Positions 28,869-38,776 of a stretch of 64,000 nucleotides of DNA are shown piece by piece. This DNA comes from Bacteroidota bacterium (lineage in GTDB: Bacteria; Bacteroidota; Bacteroidia; Cytophagales; Cyclobacteriaceae). The stretch is from contig JAEZGH010000209.1 of assembly GCA_023417065.1 (NCBI GenBank), positions 279-64,278 of the forward strand, written 5' to 3'. Under the pieces are notes generated by a model, which was not told the origin of the DNA, searched no databases, and was given only the letters and a program-made list of their open reading frames with translations. A program made the translations under genes and the position numbers. Position 1 is the first letter of the stretch, and each line of letters starts with the position of its first letter.

Positions 28869-29876
28869 ATGCTTGCAACGCCTGATATTTCGGTAATCAT
28901 ACCTGCAAAGGACGAGGAGGAATCTATCCCCGAACTTTGTCAATGGATTAGCCGTGTGATGAAAACACACGGCTTTTCCTATGAGGTAATTATTATCGAT
29001 GATGGCAGTGTTGACGGCACGTGGAAACAAATTCAACAGGTTAGTGCTGAGGATGATCGATTCAAAGGCATTCGGTTTAATAGAAATTTTGGAAAGTCGG
29101 CAGCGCTTCAGACCGGCTTTCGCGCATCACGCGGAAAAGTCATCATCACTATGGACGCCGACCTTCAGGACAGCCCGGACGAGATACCCGAGCTGTATCG
29201 AATGATATTCACCGATGGCTATCACCTGGTGTCCGGGTGGAAGAAGGTCAGACATGATCCCGTTACAAAGACACTTCCGTCGAAATTCTTCAATAGAATC
29301 ACGCGCATTATCTCAGGTATCAAGCTCAATGACTTCAACTGTGGTCTGAAGGCGTACCAGGATATTGTTGTGAAGAATATCAACGTGTACGGCGAGATGC
29401 ATCGTTACATTCCCGTGATCGCAAAGTGGGCAGGGTTCACGCGAATTGGGGAAAAGGTCGTACAACACAATCATCGGAAGTATGGTCGAACAAAATTCGG
29501 CTGGACCCGGATGACAGGCCTGCTTGATGTGTTGTCGATCACGTTTGTAGGACGCTTTGGAAGAAAACCCATGCACCTTTTCGGCTCGCTGGGAATAATG
29601 TCATTCCTGGTCGGGTTCATCTTCACCGTAAAGCTCTTCTACGATAAGATCAAGTCGCTTTATTTTGATCACATCCCGATGAAACGCGACATTACGGAGC
29701 AGCCAGTATTCTATCTCGCACTCGTAGCACTGATCATCGGGGTTCAGCTTTTTCTTACGGGATTTCTCGCCGAGCTCTTTGCTATGCAAACAGTGGCGCG
29801 ACGCGACTACCTGGTAATCGACCGGGTCGGATTTGATCAACAACAGAAAAATCTTCGCGGTGTTGATGTACCGTAG
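28869..29876 (+). CDS. Glycosyltransferase family 2 (polyprenol-phosphate glycosyltransferase-like)
   Basis: IIDDGSVD, RNFGKSAAL, MDADLQD and GEMHRYIP; 2 C-terminal TM helices. Confidence 0.92.
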   Translation: MLATPDISVIIPAKDEEESIPELCQWISRVMKTHGFSYEVIIIDDGSVDGTWKQIQQVSAEDDRFKGIRFNRNFGKSAALQTGFRASRGKVIITMDADLQDSPDEIPELYRMIFTDGYHLVSGWKKVRHDPVTKTLPSKFFNRITRIISGIKLNDFNCGLKAYQDIVVKNINVYGEMHRYIPVIAKWAGFTRIGEKVVQHNHRKYGRTKFGWTRMTGLLDVLSITFVGRFGRKPMHLFGSLGIMSFLVGFIFTVKLFYDKIKSLYFDHIPMKRDITEQPVFYLALVALIIGVQLFLTGFLAELFAMQTVARRDYLVIDRVGFDQQQKNLRGVDVP

Positions 29877-29881
29877 CGCTC

Positions 29882-30853
29882 ATGAATCGTCCCCGGTTTT
29901 CTGTAATCATTCCGATCTATAACCGCCCTCAGGAACTTGAAGAGCTGCTCGAAAGCCTGGTTCATCAGACATTCAAAAACTTCGAGGTTATTATTGTGGA
30001 GGATGGATCTACCATTAAGAGCGATACGGTTGTAGACCGTTTTTCCGATCGCCTCAACGTAACCTATTTTTTTAAGCCTAACTCCGGCCCAGGCCCAAGC
30101 CGCAATTTTGGGTTCAGTCATGCCACGGGCGAATACTTCGTAGTGTTTGACTCGGATTGTATCATTCCACCTCAGTATTTTGTTGAAGTTCAGCGTGCCC
30201 TGGCAATCCATCAGTGGGATGCGTGGGGTGGGCCTGACCGCGCGCACGACACGTTTACTACCCTTCAGCGTGCAATGGGCTACACGATGTCGTCGGTCCT
30301 CACAACGGGTGGTATACGTGGTGGAAAAAAACGACTAGGCTGGTTTCAGCCAAGAAGTTTTAACATGGGAATTTCCCGTGAAGTATTTGAAAAAACACAA
30401 GGGTTCCGGTTCGACCGGTATGCAGAGGATATTGAGTTTTCAATTCGTATGCGAAACAGTGGTTTCAAGGTTGGGCTTATCCCCGAAGCGTATGTATTTC
30501 ATAAGCGGCGGACCTCATTCAGCGGTTTTTATGATCAGGTGTTCAACTTCGGCCGCGGGCGCGTTCTCGTCGGCAAAGCTTTTCCCGAGGAAGTAAAACT
30601 CACCCACTGGTTCCCCGCGCTCTTTGTGATAAGTGTGTCGTCACTCGTTGTGCTTCCTTTCCTTTATGTGCCCTTGTTCTTTCTTGGTATCGGTCTTCTC
30701 ATGGTCTACCTCACCGCCATATTTATTCACTCATGGGTCAGTAACAGAAGTCTGGAGGTTGCACTTCTTTCCGTACCATCGGCCTGGTTGCAATTGTGGG
30801 GATATGGCCTTGGCTTCCTTCGCGAACGGTTCGCGGCTTCAGGCGATTCCTGA
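29882..30853 (+). CDS. Glycosyltransferase family 2
   Basis: VIIPIYNRP, VEDGS, FDSDC and EDIEFS motifs. Confidence 0.9.
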   Translation: MNRPRFSVIIPIYNRPQELEELLESLVHQTFKNFEVIIVEDGSTIKSDTVVDRFSDRLNVTYFFKPNSGPGPSRNFGFSHATGEYFVVFDSDCIIPPQYFVEVQRALAIHQWDAWGGPDRAHDTFTTLQRAMGYTMSSVLTTGGIRGGKKRLGWFQPRSFNMGISREVFEKTQGFRFDRYAEDIEFSIRMRNSGFKVGLIPEAYVFHKRRTSFSGFYDQVFNFGRGRVLVGKAFPEEVKLTHWFPALFVISVSSLVVLPFLYVPLFFLGIGLLMVYLTAIFIHSWVSNRSLEVALLSVPSAWLQLWGYGLGFLRERFAASGDS

Positions 30854-30906
30854 TTTTGTAAATCGTTTTTTTGGGAGTATCTTGTTCTACCCCTGACCTC
30901 AACCCC

Positions 30907-32133
30907 ATGAAGACGCTTTCCCAACTTGTGCTGGTTGCACTCTTGTTGTGCCCTAACCTGCTATCAGCTCAAACACCCGAAACCCTTAAGCCCGGTTATT
31001 ACGTGGTGGTGGCGGCCTACACACCGACCCAGGAAAATCTCGCGAAGAAGTTTGTTGCTTCGCTTGAGAAAGATGGTTTTACACCTGACTATGGTTACCA
31101 TGAACGCTCCCGGCTTCTTCTCGTTTACCTTTCGTACTTCGACAATTTGCGCAGTTCGCTGGCTGAGATGAACAAAATCAGAAAGCTTGAAAGGTTCCCC
31201 GATGCATGGGTACGGATAGTCTCGGGAGATATCGCAAAGCGAGAAACTCCCGCAATACCTGAGTCGGATATCAAAGGCGAAACTCCTGCCAAAGTTGATG
31301 AAGCCCTGCCAACAGAAACATTGCCTTCTGATTCGTTGGCAACCCAGACACCTGCCGATTCATTAGCCGTCACCGACAACGAAGAAATTGTTCAGCCTGA
31401 GCAAATGACCCTTGGGAACACGGAAGTATTTCTAAGTCTTTTTAATGCTCAGAATGATCGCATTGTCGATGGAGCGGTGAAGGTAATTGACACCGAAAGT
31501 TCCAGGCTGATCACTGAAGTCAACGGGAATGGATACCTTATTCTGCCGGATCCAAAAAACGTGACGGGTCAGCTTACGTTGATAAGTGAAGCGTTTGGTT
31601 ATCGCAAGCTCCAATATGAAATTAACTATCCCGTTCCGCTTGCCGACACGGTGAAGCCCCACATTGAACTGATGGGCACCACCATAGTCGTAAATTTCGA
31701 CCTCGTTCGTTATTACAAAGGCGACATCGCTACCCTTTACAACGTTTATTTTTTTAATGACGCAAGTATCATGCTGCCTGAATCGCGCTACGAATTGAAT
31801 AGCCTCCTTCAACTGATGCAGGAGAGCGCTGATTATAAAATTCGTCTCCACGGGCACACGAATGGAAACTATCACGGCAAGATTATTCAGCCAGGGCCGG
31901 GTAAGAATTATTTCTCACTCGAGGGATCACTGGCGTCGACGGGGTCAGCCAAAGAGTTGTCGCGTTATCGGGCGGAAATCATTCGCGACTTTCTTGTCAT
32001 GAATGGAGTTTCATCCGATCGTATCGAAATCAAAGCGTGGGGTGGTCGCCGGCCTCTGTTTGATCGGCATGGACCCAATGCCCGAAAGAATGTTCGTGTT
32101 GAGGTTGAGATACTTGAAGGGAAGTCAATCTAG
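30907..32133 (+). CDS. OmpA-family peptidoglycan-binding protein with N-terminal SPOR-like domain
   Basis: Signal peptide; YYVVVAAY..DAWV; C-terminal IRLHGHT..LSRYRA..NVRVEV. Confidence 0.8.
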   Translation: MKTLSQLVLVALLLCPNLLSAQTPETLKPGYYVVVAAYTPTQENLAKKFVASLEKDGFTPDYGYHERSRLLLVYLSYFDNLRSSLAEMNKIRKLERFPDAWVRIVSGDIAKRETPAIPESDIKGETPAKVDEALPTETLPSDSLATQTPADSLAVTDNEEIVQPEQMTLGNTEVFLSLFNAQNDRIVDGAVKVIDTESSRLITEVNGNGYLILPDPKNVTGQLTLISEAFGYRKLQYEINYPVPLADTVKPHIELMGTTIVVNFDLVRYYKGDIATLYNVYFFNDASIMLPESRYELNSLLQLMQESADYKIRLHGHTNGNYHGKIIQPGPGKNYFSLEGSLASTGSAKELSRYRAEIIRDFLVMNGVSSDRIEIKAWGGRRPLFDRHGPNARKNVRVEVEILEGKSI

Positions 32134-32139
32134 TGGTGA

Positions 32140-32427
32140 TCAGGCCTTGTCCCAGACGTCTTCGAAGTCTGAAATCTTTTCAAAAAGTGAGTAGGCGAAA
32201 CTACAGACGGGAGTGATTTTTATATTGTTCTCGCGAGCCCATTCAACGGCGTGTGTCAGCATTTTTTTTCCGGCACCGCGTCCGCGCAAGGCATCGTCTA
32301 CTTCCGTGTGATCAATTATGATGTGTCCTTCCGAATAACGGGAGTACGCCATTTCAGCAAGCTTTTTCCCGTCTTCTTCAATATAGAAAGCACCTTTGTT
32401 TCGTGCTTCCTTATGCAGAATTTCCAT
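32140..32427 (-). CDS. GNAT N-acetyltransferase (YjdJ-like)
   Basis: IIDHTEVDDALRGRGAG and ITPVCSFA motifs. Confidence 0.88.
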   Translation of the reverse strand: MEILHKEARNKGAFYIEEDGKKLAEMAYSRYSEGHIIIDHTEVDDALRGRGAGKKMLTHAVEWARENNIKITPVCSFAYSLFEKISDFEDVWDKA

Positions 32428-32547
32428 AACTCAATATTAACCGGCAGAACGGTAATTTCGAAGATAAAGTTCGTTGATTTTGGTGACACCGTTAACAACC
32501 CCTTAACCAACGGCCGGGATCGTTTTCGGTACCTTCAAACAAAAAAA

Positions 32548-33402
32548 ATGAGAACTTCAATCATCCTGTTCTTCATGGGAGGGTTACTTCTATCCGGCTA
32601 CGCTCAGATAGAATTGCCTTCGCTAAGTCCTGAAGCCGAATTCCGGCAAACCGTTGGATATACCAACTTCACCGTCAAATATGGCAGGCCGTCTGTAAGA
32701 GGGCGAACGATCATGGGAGACCTGGTACCATTCGGCAAACTCTGGCGTACGGGTGGCGGACCTCCGACAATAGTCAGCTTCGATCGCGACGTGGTGATAG
32801 GTGATAAAACGGTAGTTGCAGGGAGTTATATACTTGTAACAATACCCGGCGAGCAGACATGGACAGTAATGCTAAATGCCAACACGTCGCGGCTTATCGT
32901 GCTGGATGAAGAATATGACATTGCAACGGAAACGGCAAGGGTAGTGATTGAATCGAAGCCGTTTCCCTTTCTGGAGACGTTCACGATTATTCCCGAAATC
33001 GCCGGGAACAGTTTGTATCTGATTCTCTCCTGGGAAAATACCAGTGTGAGAATTGAAATAAAGACGCTAACCAATGAACACGTCGAACAACAAATTGCTG
33101 CCCTTACTGATGAAAGCAATAATCATGAAAGCCTTGGTGCTACGGCGTATTATTTTCTTAGGACCGGCCAACAACACGAAAGAGCGCTGAAAATGGTGAA
33201 TCAGGCAATTAAACTACGGAAAGAACCGTGGTATCTTGAAACCAGAATGAAGCTCTTTGCCGCAATGGGAAATTATCCAGAAGCCAACAAGGCAATGGAA
33301 AATGCTGTAAAGTTTTTACAGGAAACAAAACCGAATTACTGGGAGGGATATGTTGAGTCTCTTCGGGCGGAGGCTGCCTCCTGGAAGAGTAGCCAACAAT
33401 GA
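32548..33402 (+). CDS. DUF2911 domain protein with C-terminal TPR-like region
   Basis: Signal peptide, SP..QTVG..YGRPSVRGR..VPFGKLWRTG. Confidence 0.82.
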   Translation: MRTSIILFFMGGLLLSGYAQIELPSLSPEAEFRQTVGYTNFTVKYGRPSVRGRTIMGDLVPFGKLWRTGGGPPTIVSFDRDVVIGDKTVVAGSYILVTIPGEQTWTVMLNANTSRLIVLDEEYDIATETARVVIESKPFPFLETFTIIPEIAGNSLYLILSWENTSVRIEIKTLTNEHVEQQIAALTDESNNHESLGATAYYFLRTGQQHERALKMVNQAIKLRKEPWYLETRMKLFAAMGNYPEANKAMENAVKFLQETKPNYWEGYVESLRAEAASWKSSQQ

Positions 33403-33407
33403 GTAAT

Positions 33408-33441
33408 AAAAAAATGGAGTTCACAATTGCTTGTGAACTCC
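33408..33441 (-). terminator. Intrinsic terminator between convergent genes
   Basis: GGAGTTCACAA-ttgc-TTGTGAACTCC preceded by an A-tract (U-tract on the minus strand). Confidence 0.75.
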
Positions 33442-33460
33442 GCCCGATCGGCTCTGCTTT

Positions 33461-33925
33461 TTATGGTTGAAATTCGAGAATTTCAACTACCGGGTTCATA
33501 CTAACTTTTGCCGTAACAGAGTTTGAGATCAGGCAATTGGCTTCCGCCTTTTCCAGAACCCGAATGGCTTTCTCACGTTGAACGGGATCGGTTATTCCAA
33601 CCACGGGATTAAGAGTAACTTCCGTCATGCGAAGTTTGCCGTCAACTTTCTCAAGTTTCCCGGTTGAGTTACATCGGAATGTAGTGAAATCAAGTTTGGA
33701 ATTTTCTGCAATGGCGAGGAACGTCGTCATTAGGCAACTACTTACCGCGGCCGTGTAGAGGTGCTCGGGTGACCATATGCCTGCCATGCCCTTCGGAAAC
33801 TGCGGCGGCGTGGCTACTTCAAGACATCCACCTTGTAATGCTGCAGCGTTCAGTTCGGGCGAACACATGGTTCCTTTCCGATCCTTATCCCAGGTTATCG
33901 TAACATTATATAGATGCGGTTCCAT
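33461..33925 (-). CDS. OsmC/Ohr family protein
   Basis: TPPQF, WSPEHL..SSCLMTTF and CLISNS conserved cysteines. Confidence 0.88.
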   Translation of the reverse strand: MEPHLYNVTITWDKDRKGTMCSPELNAAALQGGCLEVATPPQFPKGMAGIWSPEHLYTAAVSSCLMTTFLAIAENSKLDFTTFRCNSTGKLEKVDGKLRMTEVTLNPVVGITDPVQREKAIRVLEKAEANCLISNSVTAKVSMNPVVEILEFQP

Positions 33926-34244
33926 ATTCCAGAAATTTATCGTGCAAGTGTTTGAAACTTCCTCCGTTGCACACACGAGTGTATCCCAGTGCTTCCAGCA
34001 GACTTTTAGCCGATGCGCTTCTCATTCCTGTTGAGCAGCACGTGATGATGGGCTGATGCCGGTTCGGTATGCGATGAAGATTCTTGAGCAGACTGTCCAG
34101 AGGAAGATTGACGGCACCTTCAATATGCCCGGCGAGAAACTCCGCGTGTGTTCTGACGTCGACAACAATACCCCCTTCCCGAAGGAATTTCTCGAGATCC
34201 AGTTTCTCGCACTCCTTGTAAAAGATTTTTATCGAATCCATCAT
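33906..34244 (-). CDS. Single-domain rhodanese-like protein
   Basis: VDVRT..EF..GHIEGA and CCSTGMRS motifs. Confidence 0.85.
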   Translation of the reverse strand: MMDSIKIFYKECEKLDLEKFLREGGIVVDVRTHAEFLAGHIEGAVNLPLDSLLKNLHRIPNRHQPIITCCSTGMRSASAKSLLEALGYTRVCNGGSFKHLHDKFLEYGTASI

Positions 34245-34388
34245 AAAATGGTCCGCGATAGCGGAAAAACAAGTGGTGAACGAAATTTCGGCTGCCCGCG
34301 ACTCCGGTTCGGGGATCAAAGTCTCACAGTGGACCATCCGGCGGGCTACAACCTCCAAGTAAAACTAGGACCCAGCAGGTTGAAAAGC

Positions 34389-34403
34389 TGTAACGAAAGT
34401 CAC
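34389..34403. promoter_or_regulatory. Imperfect palindrome, putative CRP/FNR-type site upstream of rhodanese-osmC
   Basis: TGTAAC-gaaa-GTCAC. Confidence 0.35.
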
Positions 34404-34504
34404 CCGCCCGGGAGATTTTTCCTGATGAATTTCATGGTAAATCTCAGCCTAATGGCCCGGGAGGCAATGATCAAAGAATGGTATAAAAAGAGGTTCCTCT
34501 ATGT

Positions 34505-34717
34505 CTAGGATTCGACAAAAAACAGCCGAAGGCGTTCATACGGCATCTGCACTTCAAGGTATACAGGTGCATCGCTGATGCTGTGATAGTTTAATTCCAC
34601 GATGCTAAAGCGGGAATTCTGGGGACTTGGATATACCCTGCCGATGCAGTCGATGTTCACAATTTCAGTCTTTACTGAATCCTCTTCTGCGATAGTTAAT
34701 TCGATGAATTTCGGCAT
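34505..34717 (-). CDS. Small hypothetical protein
   Basis: 70-aa ORF with ATG and protein-like composition (MPKFIELTI...). Confidence 0.6.
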   Translation of the reverse strand: MPKFIELTIAEEDSVKTEIVNIDCIGRVYPSPQNSRFSIVELNYHSISDAPVYLEVQMPYERLRLFFVES

Positions 34718-34830
34718 AGGATTGAACTTAAGACTTCAAGATGCATCCGCCACGCCGGAATGTCAAGAGAGAACGCCATTAGTGTAAAGCTATAGGGGCG
34801 AATGCCCCGGGTTCTTGTTACTTTTGCCTG

Positions 34831-35589
34831 ATGAAAAGCCTGCGCTTCATGTTCCTGCTTTGGCTTGCGTTGACAGCCAACGTGTGCTATGGACAAAAGA
34901 TGCTGATTGCCGCCGCTTCTGATCTCAAGTTCGCCCTCGATTCCATCCTGACGGTCTACAGGGAAGCCAATCCTGGAGTGGAAATTCAGGTTACCTATGG
35001 ATCATCAGGTAAACTCTACGAGCAAATCAGGCGCGGCGCTCCTTTTGAAATCTTCTTTTCCGCGGACTTGAGTTATCCCACGCAGCTTTGCGAGCAAAAA
35101 CATTGCGCTGGTGAGGTAGTGAAATACGGTGAGGGCCGATTAGTAGTGTGGGTAAACCGAAAGGATATCAACATTAAGGATATTGCTATTTTAACTGATC
35201 CGCGACTGCGAAAGATTGCCATAGCTAACCCGTTACACGCTCCATACGGCAAACGCGCTGTTGAAGCACTTACGCACTACGGGTTGTTTGACAATGTGAA
35301 ATCCAAACTCGTATACGGAGAAAATATTTCCCAGGCATCTCAGTTTGTAGCCACGAATGCTGCCGACGCGGGGATACTAGCCCTTTCACATGTCGTATCG
35401 CCGACAATGAAACGACTTAACGGCAATTGGCTAGTTGTTCCAAGAGAAGCTCATCAACGCCTTGATCAGGGTTACGTCGTTCTAAAAAGCGCACGTCACA
35501 AATCGGAAATCCTCAAATTTTCGACGTTCTTTGATGGTGAGCGTTCACGCGAAATTTTGACTTACTTTGGTTTTCTGAATACACCGTGA
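34831..35589 (+). CDS. modA: Molybdate ABC transporter substrate-binding protein
   Basis: AAASDL, YGSSGKL, IANPLHAPYG and GENISQ; TACTTTTG -7 box at 34819. Confidence 0.93.
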   Translation: MKSLRFMFLLWLALTANVCYGQKMLIAAASDLKFALDSILTVYREANPGVEIQVTYGSSGKLYEQIRRGAPFEIFFSADLSYPTQLCEQKHCAGEVVKYGEGRLVVWVNRKDINIKDIAILTDPRLRKIAIANPLHAPYGKRAVEALTHYGLFDNVKSKLVYGENISQASQFVATNAADAGILALSHVVSPTMKRLNGNWLVVPREAHQRLDQGYVVLKSARHKSEILKFSTFFDGERSREILTYFGFLNTP

Positions 35590-36266
35590 ATATGCTCGAA
35601 TCAGGGCCATTCCTGTTGACTTTTCTGCTCGCGTCGATAACTACCCTATTATTGATGTTGATCAGTCTGCCATTCTCATGGTGGCTGTCAGGCACAGCGT
35701 TCAGATGGAAATTTCTCATAGAGGCTTTGGTCAGTATACCGTTGATCCTTCCCCCCTCCGTAATTGGTTTCTATCTCCTTATGGCGTTCAGTCCCGGCAA
35801 CGCATTGGGAAGGTTTCTTGATCAATTCTTCGATCTCAGGCTGGTGTTCACATTTGAAGGTTTGATCGTAGCCTCGCTGGTATACAGTCTTCCATTTATG
35901 GTACAACCTCTGCTGACGGGCTTTCGAATGCTGCCGTCAACGCTGACAGATGTTTCATATACTTTAGGGAAAAGCAAATGGACGACGCTTCTGAGAGTGC
36001 AGCTGCCTAACATGAAGGCGTCGATCATAACAGGATGTATTCTGACCTTTGCACACACCGTGGGGGAGTTTGGCGTAGTACTTATGGTCGGAGGAAACAT
36101 TCCGGGTGAAACTCGTGTGGTTTCGGTTGCGATCTACGACGCGGTGGAGGCGATGGATTACGGCAAAGCGAATACGTATAGTGCAGTGCTGCTGGTGTTC
36201 TCTTTTGTCTTGCTTGTGTGTGTCTACCTGATCAATCAGCGCCTTTTAAACAGATCCAACGTATGA
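35586..36266 (+). CDS. modB: Molybdate ABC transporter permease
   Basis: PLILPPSVIGF, SLPFMVQP and FAHTVGEFGVVLMVGGNIPG. Confidence 0.93.
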   Translation: MNMLESGPFLLTFLLASITTLLLMLISLPFSWWLSGTAFRWKFLIEALVSIPLILPPSVIGFYLLMAFSPGNALGRFLDQFFDLRLVFTFEGLIVASLVYSLPFMVQPLLTGFRMLPSTLTDVSYTLGKSKWTTLLRVQLPNMKASIITGCILTFAHTVGEFGVVLMVGGNIPGETRVVSVAIYDAVEAMDYGKANTYSAVLLVFSFVLLVCVYLINQRLLNRSNV

Positions 36267-36973
36267 CGGAAATCCACCTAAGGAAGCGATTATCAGGTGC
36301 GCTTGACGCCATCGATCTCAACATCCGAATAGAGATCGAAAGGGGAGAACTCGTTACGTTGTATGGTCCGTCAGGAGCGGGAAAGACAAGTGTTCTTCGA
36401 ATGATCGCCGGATTGCTTCATCCGGATGAAGGCGCCATCAAAGTGGATGGAAACGCCTGGTACAGCGCACAGGAGAAGATCAATCTTCCGCCCCAACGAA
36501 GGAGCACGGGATTTGTTTTTCAGGATTATGCACTGTTTCCCAATATGTCGGTATATGAAAATATCCGATATGGACTGGCCCGAAATGAAGCTGTTTCATT
36601 CGTTGATGAACTTATCGAATTGATGGAACTTGATGCGATGCGCAACATGAAGCCGGACTTGCTCAGTGGAGGCCAGAAACAACGGGTGGCTCTGGCGCGG
36701 GCTATCGCCAGAAAGCCAGCGCTGCTGTTATTGGATGAACCTTTGTCGGCGCTGGATACCGAATTGCGCCTGCGCATGCAGCAATACATTCTGGATGCCC
36801 ATCAACGCTATGGATTTACGACGATCCTGGTAAGCCACGATATCGTGGAGGTATGCCGGCTGAGCAGTAAGGTGTTTGTCGTGGAACAGGGCAGGATCGT
36901 CCGGACAGGATCGCCACGTTCCGTTATCCCTGTGCAAATAATCCGCGATCTGATCCAAGGTCTGGGGGATTAA
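36263..36973 (+). CDS. modC: Molybdate ABC transporter ATP-binding protein
   Basis: GPSGAGKT, LSGGQKQR and LLLDEP; follows modB. Confidence 0.9.
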   Translation: MTEIHLRKRLSGALDAIDLNIRIEIERGELVTLYGPSGAGKTSVLRMIAGLLHPDEGAIKVDGNAWYSAQEKINLPPQRRSTGFVFQDYALFPNMSVYENIRYGLARNEAVSFVDELIELMELDAMRNMKPDLLSGGQKQRVALARAIARKPALLLLDEPLSALDTELRLRMQQYILDAHQRYGFTTILVSHDIVEVCRLSSKVFVVEQGRIVRTGSPRSVIPVQIIRDLIQGLGD

Positions 36974-37051
36974 TGTATGGTGTTTTATCTTTCTCCAAAA
37001 CAGTGGAACTAAAAAGGTAATTTGTGTGTCGATAGTTGATTAATATAAGAT

Positions 37052-37756
37052 ATGATGTTGCGCAAAGTATTTTTGGTAGTATTTCTTTTTGTTGGTGTCG
37101 CCTCAATCGCAGCGGCGCAGTCGGATGCTGAACTGAGTGTGGATGAATTCGAACGGGGGATCTCGGCTCAGAACGTACAGTTACTCGATGTCAGGACTCA
37201 GGGTGAATTCCGAAAGGGGTATATTGAGGGAGCCATGCATTCCGATATCAACGGCAAGGAGTTTAAAACGCAGGTTAGTGCGTTGGACAAATCGAAGCCT
37301 GTATTCGTGTACTGTTTATCGGGTGGTCGCAGCAAGAAGGCCGCTGCATATTTGCGCAAGTCCGGTTATGAAGTATATGAGCTTCAGGGCGGAATGATGG
37401 CGTGGAATGGTGCGAAGAAACCGGTCGTAAAACTCGAAGCTTCGCCTGAAGGCATGTCAATAGATACCTTTCGGAATAAGGTAGGCGCCAACGGCCTGGT
37501 CCTTGTAGACTTCTACGCAAGGTGGTGCGCTCCCTGCAAACAAATGGCGCCCTGGCTGGATGAGCTGAGCAAAAAATACGAAGGAAAGATGGCCTTGATG
37601 AAAATTGATATCGATGATAACAGGCTTCTCGCGGATGAATTGTCAGTTAACGCTCTTCCAACGATTCACCTGTACAAGGATGGGAAAGAAGTCTGGACGC
37701 ATGTAGGTTCTCTTACCAAAGCTCAGATTGAGCAAAAGCTGAAAGAAAACCTTTAA
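37052..37756 (+). CDS. Exported rhodanese-thioredoxin fusion protein
   Basis: Signal peptide, LDVRT..YCLSGGRS (rhodanese), DFYARWCAPCK (thioredoxin). Confidence 0.87.
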   Translation: MMLRKVFLVVFLFVGVASIAAAQSDAELSVDEFERGISAQNVQLLDVRTQGEFRKGYIEGAMHSDINGKEFKTQVSALDKSKPVFVYCLSGGRSKKAAAYLRKSGYEVYELQGGMMAWNGAKKPVVKLEASPEGMSIDTFRNKVGANGLVLVDFYARWCAPCKQMAPWLDELSKKYEGKMALMKIDIDDNRLLADELSVNALPTIHLYKDGKEVWTHVGSLTKAQIEQKLKENL

Positions 37757-37759
37757 CAA

Positions 37760-38776
37760 CTACTCGACGGCGTTATCGGTTTGTTCACTTGACTTGAAGC
37801 TGTAGTATAGGTAGAAAAGGGCCGGAAGAATAAAAAGACTTCCAATCAGTAATGCCCAACCCAAGGCATTAATGGCAGGTGCCGGCGCCTGATCCTTTAG
37901 GGAGAGTTTCCCTTCCTGCATCAAAATAAAGTCCGGATAGTGTGCATATGTTACCGCGAACAGGATCATCGTCACCTGTACAGCTGCAAGAATCCGCGGC
38001 ATCCAGATATAGGTCCTCCGCACAAAATACCAAAGCAGGACAAGCGATGCCGTTGCAATGATTACGGCCGTTATACTGACAAAATTCCCAAACACCCAGG
38101 TGAACAGAGGTATTCCGTCTAGCGTTGCAGCAAGAAATACTAACCCTCCGGTAAGAAATGATGCTATATTCATGAACGCTGCCTTGCGGATGAAGCGCTT
38201 CCTGTCGGATTCATCATCTGCTTCTGCGATGAGATAAACAGCAGCAAGAAATCCACATAAAGCTACAGTAAACAGCCCTACGCTAAAGGAGAAAATATTA
38301 AACCATCCGAAAATGTAGGCGTCTGCAAAGTTTGAAGCATCACGTTTGATATGCCCCGAGACGGAACTGCCTGCTAGAATTCCAAGAAACAACGGCGTGA
38401 TGAAGCTCGATGAAATGAAAGTTCGGTTGTACAACCTGTGCGACCTGTCCTTCACAGCATCGTAATGTCGGAAAATGAAAGCCGTACCTCTTGCGATAAT
38501 CCCGAGCAGCATAATCGCCAGCGGGATGTGCAGCGAAATGGACATCTGGCTATATATTTCAGGAAAGCCAACAAACAGGATTACGATGGCGATGATCAAC
38601 CACATGTGGTTTGCTTCCCAAATAGGGCCAATAGCGTGATAGAGTGTTGTTCGCGTTCGTTTCCTGTTCCTCGGCGATGTGAAAAGTTCGATGATACCTG
38701 CCCCAAAGTCCGCCCCTCCGAGCAGGAGGTATAACAGGATCGACAACCACAGGTAAGCAATCACCACGTTGTCCAT
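37760..38776 (-). CDS. cydB: Cytochrome bd ubiquinol oxidase subunit II
   Basis: GGADFGAG and IGPIWEANHMWL; ATG overlaps the cydA stop. Confidence 0.9.
   Translation of the reverse strand: MDNVVIAYLWLSILLYLLLGGADFGAGIIELFTSPRNRKRTRTTLYHAIGPIWEANHMWLIIAIVILFVGFPEIYSQMSISLHIPLAIMLLGIIARGTAFIFRHYDAVKDRSHRLYNRTFISSSFITPLFLGILAGSSVSGHIKRDASNFADAYIFGWFNIFSFSVGLFTVALCGFLAAVYLIAEADDESDRKRFIRKAAFMNIASFLTGGLVFLAATLDGIPLFTWVFGNFVSITAVIIATASLVLLWYFVRRTYIWMPRILAAVQVTMILFAVTYAHYPDFILMQEGKLSLKDQAPAPAINALGWALLIGSLFILPALFYLYYSFKSSEQTDNAVE

Noticed and set aside
32251..32547. Long N-terminal extensions in the ORF track (DUF2911, cydB, class IV aminotransferase, YCII)
   Set aside because: They overlap neighbouring genes; downstream ATGs give family-typical N-termini
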